DNA of 64,000 nucleotides from positions 113,212,001-113,276,000 of the forward strand of contig OX597822.1 of assembly GCA_951406725.2 (NCBI GenBank), written 5' to 3'. This stretch comes from Octopus vulgaris. Its lineage: Eukaryota. Shown in pieces: positions 26,691 to 40,724 of the stretch. Position numbers and translations under genes: made by a program. Numbering within the stretch: the first letter of the stretch is position 1; each line of letters begins with the position of its first letter. The notes under the pieces are model-generated. The model did not search any database. It was not told where the DNA came from and was given only the letters and a program-made list of their open reading frames with translations.

Positions 26691-27350
26691 TTTGGAATAT
26701 CTTAATAAATACACATTTACATTCCATTATATGTCATATTACTTTGATTCTCAATAACGAGTCCCGCACTTTTACATAGGTACACACATATGAACCTCCA
26801 CACGCACACACACACATATATATTTATGTGTGTGTGTCTGTGTTTTTGAGGATTTGTGTAACTTACAGAAGAGAATGAATTTCATATATGTCGGAATAAA
26901 AAATGCATTGAGTTATGAATATAAAATGGATTCAATAACAATAAATATTTCATAAGTTACATAAACAGACAGGTACAGACAAGACAGAAATAACAAATCA
27001 CAAAGTGACGAGTTGATGTATATTTCAAATGTAAATGTTTTCGTGTAGAGCAGTTAAGTACGGAACCAACAAACATCAACTATTTTTCAAGTGTCTGCAA
27101 TAAGTTAAAAAAATGCTGCTTTGTTTTGGAAACACGAGGTTTGCAAAATGCAACGATTATTTACATTTTGCAGGGATAATATAAACACTAGAACTGCATC
27201 TGTTCATGAAAAGAGAAGCAAAAATGATGTCGATTCTACAGGTCTTGAAGAACCTTCCAAAAACAAAAGTACGCCTTTCTCTAACCCAAACCAAGAAGAG
27301 AAAATCGTTTACTCCACCTCTAATGATATAATCCACAAGAAAATTAAGTA

Positions 27351-28044
27351 CTATAAATCATCGAGTATAGTCCGCCCTTGAGTATAATACGCAGGGGATT
27401 TTTAGGGGGCTGTACCTCTGAGAAAACTAAACCTTGTGTATGTATTTCTTTACTACCCACAAGGGGCTAAACATAGAGGGGACAAACAAGGACAGACAAA
27501 GGGATTAAGTCGATTATATCGACCCAGTGCGAAACTGGTACTTTATTTATCGACCCCGCGAGGATGAAAGGCAAAGTCGACCCCGACGGAATTTGAACTC
27601 AGAACGTAACGACAGACGAAACCCCTTCTCTAACTTGAGTTGTGCGTAATTAAGCCAGCATCACCTAGTCGAACAAACACTTCCGCGCATGCGTAATACA
27701 ATAATGGTGATGTTCTTAACTGTTATATGGGAATGTAAATATATTTGCAAATTGTTTTTGTTACATGTTATTCTGTGTTCTGAATACTTTTATTTTAATA
27801 AATGTTGCTTACTGCAAGTTATAGGTGATTCTTTTATGACTTCATTGCTTTCAGGCTTAGCTTAAGGTATTTTCGCGCCCGACAGCACAAAATGCGTCTG
27901 AATAAACATTGCCGGACAGCAAATAGAGACTCGGACATTGCTTAGAAAATATTTTCCCTTTTTAACCTCGTAAATAGTACGCACTAGAGATTTTGACCAT
28001 TAAATTTTGGGGGGAAAATGCGAATTATACTCGAAGATTTACGG
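27351..28044. mobile_element. Tc2/pogo-type (Tc1/mariner superfamily) non-autonomous DNA transposon with TA TSD
   Basis: TIRs ta|ctataaatcatcgagtatagtccgc and gcgaattatactcgaagatttacgg|ta; internal TIR-like repeats; carries a nested SINE. Confidence 0.75.
27444..27621 (-). mobile_element. 5'-truncated SINE family B nested in the MITE
   Basis: Family B tail and core. Confidence 0.88.
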
Positions 28045-28843
28045 TATATGTTATATCAATCGAAAAGGGTCACTTAGTGACCTAAGTTGAAACACATATC
28101 TCTAGTGTCTCGATTGATAAGTTTTTCTACATAATAGTTGGATTAGTTAGTCGCTTCCTCTCCCACTCTCTCTCTCACTCATACTCACACGCACACACAC
28201 AAACACACACACACATATAAATGCATACCTTCATGACTGACCTCGTTGTATAACTAGGTCCACGTAGGCCTCTTCAGAAATTTAAAATAGGAATCAAACC
28301 CGTCGGTGTCGCTGCCTGTACAATTCTTCATAGGTCGCCCATCACCCCACCCCAAAATAGCTACATAAAGTTGTATGAAACACAAACTCATTTGCATAAC
28401 TATATAAGAGTGACGGGTTGCAATTAATTAACTATGTACTAACAGAGAGGAGGGGCTTACATATAAATATATAGGGAGTCAGGAATTTAGTCACGATAAT
28501 CCACAGATGATCCTCATTACAAGTTTATGAAAATACCTAGTGTGGCTAATTTCACACAAAGCATGTGTGTGTGTGTGTGTGTGTGTGAGTGTGTGTGTGT
28601 GTGTATGTGTGTGTGTGCGTGCCTGTGTGTATCCATCTATGTGTATGTGTCTTTGTGTTTTAGTTTGTCCTCCCTCACCGCTTGACAGCTGGTGTTGTAT
28701 TGTTTATGTCCCCACAATCTTAAATAGTCTGTCATCATATTGTCATAAGAATATTTTTGAAATATTACAAGTGATTGTATTTATTACTCTAAAGTTAATA
28801 AAATTAGATCAATATTTTCTACTTTAATATTAAGAGACGCCTT

Positions 28844-29076
28844 AAGGCGGCGAGCTGGCAGAATCGTTAGTCCGCCAGGCGAAATGCTTAGCGGCATTTC
28901 GCCTGCCGTTACGCTCTGAGTTCAAATTCCACCGAGGTCGCCTTTGTCTTTCATCCTTCGGGGGTCGATTAAATAAGTACCAGTTACACACTGAGATCGA
29001 TATAATTGACTTAACCCCTTTGTCTGTCCTTCTCTGTCCCCTCTGTGTTTAGCCCCCTGTGGGCAATAAAGAAATA
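28844..29076 (+). mobile_element. Full-length SINE family B with 13-bp TSD
   Basis: TSD aatattaagagac at 28826 and 29077. Confidence 0.93.
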
Positions 29077-29678
29077 AATATTAAGAGACACTTGTTTATA
29101 TATACTTGGATTGTAATGAATTATATGAGAGTAGCGCCGCGTCCTTTCAGGTTTCCATTCCCTTAATTTATTGATTACTGTTTCTCTCTCTCTCTTTTTT
29201 TTTCCCTCTTTTGGTCAAAATCTTTTCGAGTATATCAGCAGATAGGATTAGACCATTTTGAATGATACATACTCTAGAATATTTTAACAGGTACACTAAA
29301 TGAATTGTCATATAATTTCGATATAGCAATAATAACGTTTTTTACTCGCTGTGTTCAAAACCTATATTTGAATTATTAAGGCTCATTAAATTAAATATAG
29401 CTGTATAAAAAGACAAAAAGGTATTATGCTAGATAAGAAGTAGGGATAAAAACCGAGCTTACAAAGAAACAATGTGTAGTAGCTGAAAAAGAAAATTCTG
29501 CTACCCACCGCACTTTCAAAAACAATTATATGAATGAAGAAAAGAAAAGCATAGGGCTTATATTTGTAGCTATTCAGTGAAAAAAAAAACCTGGATTTTA
29601 ATTTTGTAAATCTTGTTACTGATGTAACATGGGTGTACGCTGCAAGGGACATTGGACTATTTGGTAGCATCACATAAT

Positions 29679-29890
29679 CTAGATATATACTATGTGGTCT
29701 AGATATATAAGATGTCCTCTAAATACATAACATGTGGCCTACATGTTAATATGTAGTCAGATATATCATATAACATTTGGTCTAGATGTATAACATATGA
29801 TCTGGATATATACGATGACATGTGGGTGAGACATACAACATGTGGTTTAAATATATACTATGTCGTGTAGTTGGAATATGTAGCCAGACT
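29679..29890. repeat. Degenerate ~20-bp minisatellite (tctagatatataacatgtgg-like)
   Basis: About 10 imperfect units seen directly. Confidence 0.75.
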
Positions 29891-31204
29891 GTCAATAGAA
29901 TGAACATCTAACGTGATATTTAAAGGAAATCAAATATGAAACTGTTACCATTTTGTGTGTTTCATGTGCAAGAGACACCATAGAGACAGCAGTCAGTTCG
30001 TGTGTTAGCTTTGGTTTCTAGAAAGCAACAAATCCACATACGTCAGTGATAGCGTTTGAGAAAGGATGAATGTCTCTTACTCATATTTCTCTTCCCTAAG
30101 ATAAAGGGTATTTTTATGTTCTTATCGTGCACATTTGTGGTAAAACAATTTCAACAAATTTTTTCTGGTTTTGCACTTCTAAATTTTGTACCACGTGACT
30201 GAATTCAAAACGAATGTTTGTTAAATGAATTAAACAATGGTTATAAAAATGGCTAAAAGATGGAGATAAATGATTCCAAAAATACAAACTCTGATTCATT
30301 ACAAAGAACAGTAAATCTCATTTTAAGAACTAATTTATAATATACAGACTAAAACATTAATGATTTGAGACATCAGTTCAAGTTCATAATTATTCTGTCA
30401 GAGAACATTAATTGATAGAATCACTTTGTAGATGTCTGCTACGATATTTTCAACTTGAAGCAGTGAAAATCATATTACAACAATTTAAAAGGCTAGATTT
30501 GCTTAGAAAGTTGGCACCTACGGAATAATGCCTCTAATTTTCGGTAGAGGTTAAAGAAGCATCACCCCTAATGAAATTTGCAGAGGATTATGAAAAATTG
30601 TGGTATTCGGAGTAGCACCAGGGGAATAAAGCAGAATATATTTATGCATATTCGAGTATGAAATCAGTCAGGTGAAGACGAACAGACTTCTCTTGAATAG
30701 CAATCTCGAAAAAATTGATCCCCCTGAGAAAACCTGTCACTAAAGCTACTAGCTACAATGCAGGAAGCCCAGAAAACATGGTAAAATGCTCTGCCATAAT
30801 ACTAACGAAACAAATGATAATTTCATAAAAACTAAAAGCTCCTGATAATTCTTTTTATATTTATCAGGAGGATATTTGATATCGTCTGGCGTATAAATCC
30901 TTTGATATTATCTACAATATAGGCTATTACACTGTCCAACACACATTTTAATGCTTAAAAGTTAGACGTGTTCTTGGGTCTTTCTTAAGCGTTGATTTCA
31001 AAATTAGCATCAGTTTTTCCCTATCTGCTCTTAATTAATTAATTATTTCGTATTTTAATACAAAATAATGTTTATGTCAACTCCTTTAGCATGTTACATG
31101 CTATTTAAACAACCACACATCAATAAGTTCTTTCAGTTCAAAAGCTTGGAGCGAATTGCATTAAATATTGTAACGTGAGAATAAACATAAAACATATACA
31201 ATTA

Positions 31205-31625
31205 TTTGTTTCAATCATTGGACTGCGACCATTCTGGGGCACCGTGTTGTATGTTTTAGTCGAATAAATCGATACTAGTGCTTATTTTAAAGTCTGATAG
31301 TAATTCTATCAGTCTTTTTTTCCTTAACCACTAAGTTTCAGCGACGTAACTTAGCGGTTGTCAAACGGTGGGGGGGGGTCAAACATAAACTTAAATACAC
31401 ACACACGTATATATATATGTATGTAAGTATGTATGTACGTATGTATGTGTGTATGTATGTATGTATGGATGGATGGATGGATAGATGGATGGATGGATGG
31501 ATGGATGGATGGCTGGCTGGCTGGCTGGCGGGTTTCTTCAGTTTCCGTCAACCGAATTCAGTCAGAAGGTACTGGTCGGCCCGGGGTGATAGAAAACACT
31601 TGGCTACAACTATGGACGCGCCTGA
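31205..31625 (-). mobile_element. Decayed SINE family A with expanded internal (TATG)/(GGAT)/(GGCT) tract
   Basis: ttgtttcaatcattggactgcg...cggttgtcaa and gggtttcttcagtttccgtc...ggtcggcccgg flank the microsatellite. Confidence 0.7.
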
Positions 31626-31984
31626 GATATTTTCCCCCTTAAACTACCTAGATTGAGATATATCAGGAGAAGGAATCATGTTGAATGTTCCAGCTGTAAC
31701 CGCTCATGGTGTGTGTGGTCAATCTTTATTTTCCATTGGTCTTAGAGCTTCATGAAATATTTCTCTCTGTGCTTCACTTTAATCAGAATGATTTGCCGAA
31801 ACCAATATAAGCAACAATAGAAATAATGAACTTTGCTTCTCATCTTAAACCAAAGTTTATTAAATTTGGAGAGAATTAACGTTTATGTTTGGCCCCCACC
31901 ACCACCGTTTGACAACCGCTAAGTTACATCTCTGAAACTTAGTGGTTAGAGAAAAGAAACTGATAGAATTACTACCAGAGTTAA

Positions 31985-32293
31985 CGTGCAAGTGGCTGAG
32001 CACTCCACAGACACGTGTACCCTTAACGTAGTTCTCGGGAAGATTCAGCGTGACACAGAGTGTGACAAGGCTGGTCCTTTGAAATACGGGTACAACAGAA
32101 ACAGGAAGAAAGAGTGAGAGAAAGTTGTGGTGAAAGAGTACAGCAAGGTTCGCCTCCACCCCCTGCCGGGGCCTCGTGGAGCTTTAGGTGTTTTCGCTCA
32201 ATAAACACTCACAACGCCCGGTCTGAGAATCGAAACCGCGATCCTACGAGAGCGAGTCCGCTACCCTAACCACTAAGCCACGGCGCCTCCACA
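31985..32293 (-). mobile_element. tRNA-derived SINE family D
   Basis: Minus: gtggaggcgccgtggcttagtggttagggtagcggactcg...ggtttcgattc...gtctgtggagtgctcagccacttgcacgttaa. Confidence 0.85.
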
Positions 32294-32372
32294 AAAAATT
32301 CGTATAGTGACAACATACTGCTTCTTCATCGACTAAAGGTTTGTTGAGGCATTTAATACCCCCAGCAAGACA

Positions 32373-32432
<60 letters not shown>

Positions 32433-33182
32433 GTCTTTTATTTGTTAACAATTTAAAACTACATTTTCTTAGCTCAGTGGCCATTTGCGTTTTAGCTAAG
32501 ATAAATGTATCTAGTTTACGATTTGAAAAACTATCATCACGATACACACACACACATATATATATATATAATGTGCATAATGCGATTATATGTGTGTGTG
32601 TGTGTTTGTGTGTGCGTGCGTGTATGTGTGTGTATGTACCTGTGTGTGTGTATGTGTGTGTGTGTTTCTATCATTATCACCAACACAACGACCGACAGCG
32701 CAACAGTATGGAGTTAAGCAAATCCATTTCGAATAAAAACATACAATGTGATATCCTGGAGTATTTTAAAAGTTGAATGAAATGTCTTTGATTTAAGGTC
32801 CACAAGGATTGACTTGACACTAAACAGCTACAACAATACAATTAGCAAGAACAATATAACCACCATACCACAAACAAGACCCGCCCACCATCACTAACAT
32901 GTAAACCAATGCAACCCACATCATCAACCCACCAACTTTTTTTGAATCCAGCGAGCTACAACAGATACCAACATGTACGCCAATACACGTATGCATGAGT
33001 GTGTGTCATGAGTATGTGCGTAAGTGTATGTGTATTCAAACATTGATGCAAATAAATAAAGCTGGTCATCAAATCATCAAAACATCATTACAAACAGACA
33101 CTCACTGACTGAGAGGGCATTAAAGGCCCTTTCTATAGTTCAATACGTTTATATTAGTCTCCACTGTGGGCCAGTGCGTATT

Positions 33183-33522
33183 TTTGATCTTGACGTCTGC
33201 GTTGGCTGGGCAATGCCCTCCGTCGTCAACCAGGAGAATTCATCTACGAAGCAATTGCCCCAGGTCCCCTTCAGGATTTGCGAAAGCGATGTGGTGGACA
33301 ACGAAAAACCTGGCTAATGACAGTCAAGGCTGATCTGGAACCCAACCTAGGCCCCCATGTCTACGCCGTTCGCCGCTGGAATAAAGAGTGGTTGGAGATC
33401 ACGCGGTCGTTAGCCTCAAATCGCCAGGCCGGGTCGACGTTTGTGAGAGATGCAGCATTGAGGATGAATGAAGCCAGCTCAACCCACCCCGGGTAAATGC
33501 TGTCTCAAGTCAAGCAAAGCAA
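33183..33522 (+). mobile_element. RTE-clade LINE 3' end with TSD
   Basis: RLRWLGNALRR...GGQRKTWLMTVKADLEP...WLEITRSLASNR; (CAAG)-type tail; flanking repeat gcca(g/a)tgcgtatt. Confidence 0.85.
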
Positions 33523-34469
33523 GCCAATGCGTATTATCATTACATAATTTAGCAGTAACAACACCAGCGGTAGTAGTAGTAGTAGTAGTAGCAGCAGCAG
33601 CACCCTCCGCCTAACTAAATGTCATCGTAACATTAAGGTGGTGTTAAATAGCAAGAATTAAGAACATAATATCGTTACCAGATTACAATAGAAGTTCAAA
33701 GTTAGTTATTTCTTAATACACGTGTCAGGAACAAGGCTGTAGAACGTAAGGAATATTCTAAGCGGTGTATTTGATCTTTCCCATATGTTGACTTCACAGA
33801 ATTATCTTCGACAAATTTTTGAATTTGGATGGAAAGGGAATTTATGGCCAATAGTAACATCTTTAAAGAATTGTTCTATTATAACTGACAAGTTGCAATT
33901 ACGCGTGAATGGTCATTTGCTTTGCGCATGGCTGCTGGCACGTGTCTGGTAAATGAGAGGAAGATTATAGAAGCAGGAGAAGCGAGATCTGAATTTGTCA
34001 CCGTAGCCTGAGACACATGTTGCTTTAGAATTGTGGCTAGACAACGGCTGGATTTGATCAGAATTACTACAGAGAGAAACATGTGTTTGCCAGAATTAGC
34101 AATAGTGGTTGCTAACCGAATAAGTTTTCTCTTGTAGTTCCCCGTCACCATTAACTCGTATCACAAACCTGCCATCCTGCTGGTCTCTCACTTTACTAGT
34201 TTGTTTATCTTGAACTGATTTTTTTTGTTTTTGTTTTTGATAATAAAAAAAAAAGCGACGCCTATCATTTCGTAACGTATACTTTGCCTTACTCAAGACA
34301 TAGCGTGAGGCTACTCAGCACGACCATCTGGACACATGAACATACATTGCGTTTCTCAAAGTAATTATATTCCTTTATAATTAATTGTTGTTTATCAAAA
34401 CTTAATATACTTTATTGTTTGTCACGTTAGCTTTTAAGCTTTCTAAAAATAAACAGTTCTCAATCCAAA

Positions 34470-34537
<68 letters not shown>

Positions 34538-34962
34538 CATGTGGTTCCTTCGTGGTATCCGCTATTAGAAGGGGGATAATCACTTTCTCTGCAGCGGGAT
34601 TAGAAATTTAAATTTGAAATTAAAGAATTACAAGGGAAAAGATGTTTAGATTTCACGTTTCTTTTCTTTACTTATTACGAAGTTCTGCAGACTAGATTGT
34701 TACGATTCTGACGCTTTCTTTAAAGTCAACCAAAGTGGCATCAGAAGTCGTATCGCAGTCGTGTGTTACTAAACATGCGATAGCGCCTGCCAAACACTGC
34801 TTAAGAACGTGGAAAACCCTTGCGCAAAAAAAAAAAAAATGGTAAAGTCAGTTGTAAGCAAATGAGTTGAAACAATGAATTGGGAAACTGATCAAACAGC
34901 AAAACTAATTTCAGGAAAAAGAAAAACACAGCAAAAGTCTAGAGATAATATAATTAAAGTGT

Positions 34963-35370
34963 AAGGCGGCGAGCTGGCAGAAACGTTAGCACGCCGGGCG
35001 AAATGCTTTGCGGTATTTCGTCCGCCGTTACGCTCTGAGTTCAAATTCCGCCTAGGTCGACTTTGCCTTTCATCCTTTCGAGGTTGATAAATTAAGTACC
35101 AGTTAAACACTGATGTCGTTGTAATCGACTTAATCCGTTTGTCTGTCCTTGTTTGTCCCTTCTGTGTTTAGCCCCTTGTGGGTAGTATTGTGGATAGTAA
35201 AGAAGTAGGTATTTCGTCTGCCGCTACGTTCTGAGTTCAAATTCCGCCGAGGTCGACTTTGCCTTTCATCCTTTTGGGGTCAATGAAATAAGTACGCACT
35301 GGTGTCGATGAAATCGACTATCCCCCTCCCCCCAAATTTCAGGCCTTGTGCCCATAGTAAAAAAGGAAAA
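34963..35370 (+). mobile_element. Dimeric SINE family B
   Basis: Full monomer, gaagtaggtatttcg junction, then a truncated monomer with the alternative tail. Confidence 0.88.
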
Positions 35371-35835
35371 AAATATAATTAAAGTTAGGAGGCCATTTTC
35401 TTTTTATGGTTGCAAAATCACAACTGTAAACAAAGCGATTGAAAAAGTAAATAATGACCAATTTTATTCCGATGTAGTGAAAACAGATACAAATAGAATT
35501 AAACTGGTGGATAAGGCCACCATACTTGGGAGTGAGCTTCGTTGTAAACATATCTGATCCACTCCTCCTTGCATGACCACAATCTTATATCTAGTCAATT
35601 TTAAGCAATTTAAGTTTCGGATTTGTCTCTCTTGCTTTTCTTGACAACACTAAGTCACTTATATAATGTTTCTTTTTTCTTCCTACAGTAGGTGTAATTG
35701 TTGATTATTTAGACTCGCTTTACGGACTACTGATTAAGTAGGGTTTTTTTCTTTTTAGAATCATTAGGTAACCTATCCATCACATGTGTACATCAAATTC
35801 GCAATGAATTTGGAGTCAATATATATTCGAAAACT

Positions 35836-36272
35836 AAGGCGGAGAGCAAGAAAAGTCATTAGTACTCCGGGCAAAATGCTTAGCGGCATTTCTTCCATTT
35901 TTATGTTTTCAGTTCAAATTCCGCCGAGGTCAACTTTGCCTCTCATCCCTTAGGGGCCGATAAGATTAGCACCTAAGGGTCGATGTAAATCAACTTACGC
36001 CCTTCCCCTAATTTGCTGGCTTTTTCCAAAATTTGAGAGCAATATATATATTCGAAGACTAAGGCAGCGAGCTGACAGAATCGTTAACGCGCTGGGCAAA
36101 AATGCTAAGCAGCATTTCGTCCGTCTTACGTTCTGAGTTTAAATTCCGCTGAGGTCGACTTTGCCTTCCATCTTTTCGGGGTCTATAAATTAAGTACCAG
36201 TTGAATACAGCGGTCAATGTAATCGACTTAGCTCCTCCCTGCAATTGTTGGCCTTGTGCCAAAATTTGAAAA
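35836..36272 (+). mobile_element. Two tandem older SINE family B copies
   Basis: Both preceded by atatattcgaa(a/g)actaaggc; Meta-like core in each. Confidence 0.8.
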
Positions 36273-36859
36273 CAAAGCAACAGTTACATTAAATTCTTGG
36301 AAAATATTTAAGATATGTGATATTCCCTAAGATACATTTTGGAATCTTCATCAAGAGAGACTTGGAACACTGTAACATCTCACAGCAGACTTTGACTGGT
36401 AAAATATATTATAGGTTCATGTTCATGTTACCTCATAAATACAGTCAGCTGGCGTACAAGAGTCATAATTGTTACGGTTATCACATCAATATAAAAAGAA
36501 GAGTGATGGTCAACAACAGGGTCCTGCCAAGTCTCTCTACTTGTTCAACATAAAAACCTGTCGCTCATGAGCGCCATGGAACCTTTGGGTTTTTTTTAGT
36601 ACCAGAAAAATACTGTAAAGCCACTGCAACATGGTAAAACAATCTTTTAATGGATTTGCTTATATTTCACTCATCTTATCCTCAAATCAGTAGTATTTCT
36701 TTAATTAAAAGACATTTATTATCTTAATATCATTTACAGTACTATATTCTATAAGTTGCTTAACGGATTATTAAATCTATAATTTAATTTAATGCAATAC
36801 CAAAAATATAATAGATCGTGCAAAAATGCTGCTTCGGCATAAAATATTCAACATAATGA

Positions 36860-37060
36860 TTTCTGATTTTGGTACAAGGCTAGCAATTCTAGCGTGAAGA
36901 CTTGGTCGATTACATCGACCTCACTACTCAATTGGTACTTTATTTTATCGACCTTGAAAAGCAAAGTTGACCTTAGTGGTATTTGAACTCAGAATATTAA
37001 AGAGTCGGAAAAAATGTCACTAAACGATTTCCTCGAGCCCGCTAACAATTTTGTCGGATA
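36860..37060 (-). mobile_element. Decayed SINE family B
   Basis: gtcgattacatcgacc...ggtactt...gcaaagttgacc...atttgaactcagaa. Confidence 0.7.
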
Positions 37061-38202
37061 AGAATTCGACTTAATAAAATGAAACTTAAGTTCTGTAAGA
37101 GGAACTGTGCTTCGTATTTGTTTGATGCTTGTTTGGTTTTATGAAAAACGTTCTTAGACATTTACGAAGAATATAATGCTGAAATATTTCGAATTTTATT
37201 TTCTAATAATCGTTAGCAGTTAGTTTAACTATCTTTTGAACGTTTTTGATTGTATAGTATTATAAATACATATTTATTAATTAAAATTACTGTTAGATTT
37301 TAATATAATTATAGTTAAATTAATTAATAATTCTCTCTCACAAACGCATGAGAGGAAATGTAGAAATTAAAATTTATGACATATCCCTTTGACATTGTAC
37401 GACTGTATGGCAAAATGTCACGGATCTTGTTTAGTTTTGATAAGAGTTTGGCGTTTCATGTTGAAGATCCGCGAGGAAAAGAGGGACCAGAGCCATTAAT
37501 GTTGTGCTATATAAATGTAACTGACTCCCTATTATTCAACTTCCCTGCCCCATACCGAGTATTAGAGTAATTCTTCAAGATATATGTATTTCCTATTTGA
37601 AATAAATGAGTATGTGTGTGAGTGTGTGTATGCGTCAATGTTTGCGTAAGTGTGTCTGTGTGCGTTGTGTAACTATGTCTATAATGAGTGAGTCTATGTA
37701 TGCGTGCATGTGTAACTGTGTAGAATGTGTGTGCCTGTATGTTTTGTGTATATACGTAATTGTGTCAAAGAGTATGTCTCTGTGTGGTGTATGTAGAACA
37801 GTTTCTACAATGTGTGTGTGTATGTATATATGTGTGAGTGTGGATGTGTGCGTTTATGGAACAAGAGTGATTTACAGTCTGAGCGTGTCAATTGCAGAGC
37901 GAATGGAAACGGAGAATGGGAGTAAAGTATATAAGACAGCCTCAACATTTATCTATAAATATTTACATATACGTTCTCAAAAGCTATCTCCCTTCTCTAT
38001 CTCTCTTTTTATTTGAACCTTTCTTGCGCCTCTCTTCCCCCTTCTCCCACCCCCCTTCTCCCACCCCCCTCTTAAATTGGTCTCTTTATACCTGTTAATT
38101 TATATTCACATATGCATATATATATATACGAACTTAGATATACACACACATGCTCACCCACACCCACACACGCGCGCACACTGAAGTGTGTATATATATA
38201 TA

Positions 38203-38240
<38 letters not shown>

Positions 38241-38249
38241 GTATGTATG

Positions 38250-38306
<57 letters not shown>

Positions 38307-38446
38307 CATACATACATACATACATACATACATACATAACAAACAATCAGAAGCGGAAAGGAATTATACTCAATATTTATCTGTATACACTTGTATAAGT
38401 AATATAATTGTTGTGAGAGCGCATTTACAAATGGATACAAAACCGT

Positions 38447-38514
<68 letters not shown>

Positions 38515-38600
38515 CAGACAGACAGACAGAGGGAGGGAGAAAGTGTGTGTATGTGAGTGTGAGAAGGAGAGGGAGAGATGATAGATAGATAGATAGATTT

Positions 38601-38669
<69 letters not shown>

Positions 38670-40150
38670 ATGTATGTATACATATATATAAATCTATATT
38701 CATATTTACACATATATGCGTATACATAGATGCACATGCATACAGACTCACACACATACACAGTGTTTGGTCATAAGCGATATAACTTAATCTGTTCAAC
38801 GTCGATAGTACTTCTCTGCCGTCATCTGAGATGCCTGTTACGTGGTCTTATCTTCAAGTTGTTCGTATTACTGTGATTGGTGACAGGTTGAGAGAGTGAG
38901 AGTAGCAGACAGAGAGTTTGAGTAGCAGTAGTAGGAGAAGAGAGGTAGAAAGAAAACACAGAAGGAGTAACAGTGGTGAACCGTTTCAATGAAAGTGGAT
39001 GAAAGAGTGTCGGGTAGAGTAGTAAAACAGTTAAGCGACCCGAGGGTGGGGCACTGGAGGCCGCTAAATGAGAAACTATATAACCAAACTAGTGTAGACT
39101 TAAATACACATAAAAAAAATGTTTGGGAGAAATGTAGGTTTTAAAGTAAAAGTGACAGCTTTAGTTGAGTTCTTTAATATTCTAAAAAACTTCCTTTAGA
39201 TATTTCTTCAGGAAAAGCAAAAGATTAAGTGCTAAATAAAAATATAATGAATTTAAGGAAGATGTAATCAGAGATGTGAGGAAAGAGGAGAGAGTAGGCA
39301 AGGCTATGTCATATAGATAACGATAAAAGAGAAAGGCTTGGGCAGAAATGAGCTATAAAAAAGATGAGGGACTCCTAAGTTGCAAACAGAGCGAAATAGA
39401 GAAGTTGATAAGAGTAAAATATAAATGGGTAGGAATGAGGATTAGCAGGAAGAGGTGCTGTAATGTTTGTCCCAATTCCTGAGCAGGCTGCCAGCCAGCC
39501 ACCTGTTAGCTGCCGGAATTGGCCGCTGTGTAGTTTCAGTTTAATGTTTGTACAACTATCATCCACAGAGTGGCAGCTAAACTAACGTAGAGAGAGAGAG
39601 AGAGAGAGAGAGAGGAGGCAGAAAAGAGGAAAGGGAACAAGTGAAGGAAATAACGAAAATATATCTTCGTCTTTTTACGCATATTCTTTTTTTTTTTTTT
39701 TCACTTTTTTCAAATTGTTGAAATCCATTCATTTCCATCCCGTCCCCGTTTTTTGTTATTGTATAACTTGATATTATTATTGATGACCCCACCCAACCAC
39801 CAAAATTAACCCAGTGAAGACCGAATTCGCCAAACCAACTTTACCCAAGTAAATTTTGCGTATATTTCCTGCGTGGAATCTCACCAAATTAAATCCATTT
39901 TCATTTCTTAAATCGGACGTTTCCTGTCAGACCTTCCCAACACAGCATGGGTTGACGGTACCCTTACAGTCGGCCACATCTTCTACTCTCTTCAATATGC
40001 ACATAAATTATCTTCTCCCTTCAAACCGCTCACAAACAGGCACACACTTACGCACTTACACACATACACAAGCATACACACACACTTACGCATTTAATAA
40101 CACCCTTAACTCAACCTTAACCATCATCATCTACACACCACCAAGACACC

Positions 40151-40447
40151 AAGGATGAAAGGCAAAGTCGACCTCGGCGGAATTTGAACTCAGAACGTAA
40201 CGACAGACGAAAAACCTATTTCTTTATTACCCACAAGGGGCTAAACACAGAGAGGACAAACAAGGACAGACATAGGTATTAAGTCGATTACATCGACCCC
40301 AGTGCGTAACTGGTACTTAATTTATCGACCCCGAAAGGATGAAAGGCAAAGTCAACCTCGGTGGAATTTGAACTCAGAACGTAACGACAGACGAAATACG
40401 GCTGCGCATTTCGCCCGGCGTGCTAACGTTTCTGCCAGCTCGCGGCC
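40151..40447 (-). mobile_element. Dimeric SINE family B
   Basis: Junction gacgaaaaacctatttc at ~40207-40223. Confidence 0.88.
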
Positions 40448-40724
40448 GTAAAGACACATACCAAAACATCTTCAATTGCTGTCGTAAAGAGTGACGTCGA
40501 AATAATCTTTCACTGTTGACACGACTAACTCTGTCCTTCAACAGCAATCATTCTACACAGGAAAGACTTCTGTAAGCCATTCTCTTCTGCGTTACACACA
40601 TATAAAACTTTGGTGCAAGTCACCAAAAATGCTATTCTTCATAATCTCTAATTATCTGTCAAGATGGTCTCACATACACAGCAGCATCAAAACTGTTCTA
40701 AATACGAGGTTTTTTATCTTTTAT

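Noticed and set aside
29679-29890. Regularly spaced ~20-bp repeats, superficially CRISPR-like
   Set aside because: Head-to-tail degenerate minisatellite with no unique spacers, eukaryotic context and no cas genes
33879-34200. 90-aa minus ORF and coding-like plus frames
   Set aside because: Only a vague resemblance to a decayed RTE C-terminus; not supportable as a gene or a firm element call
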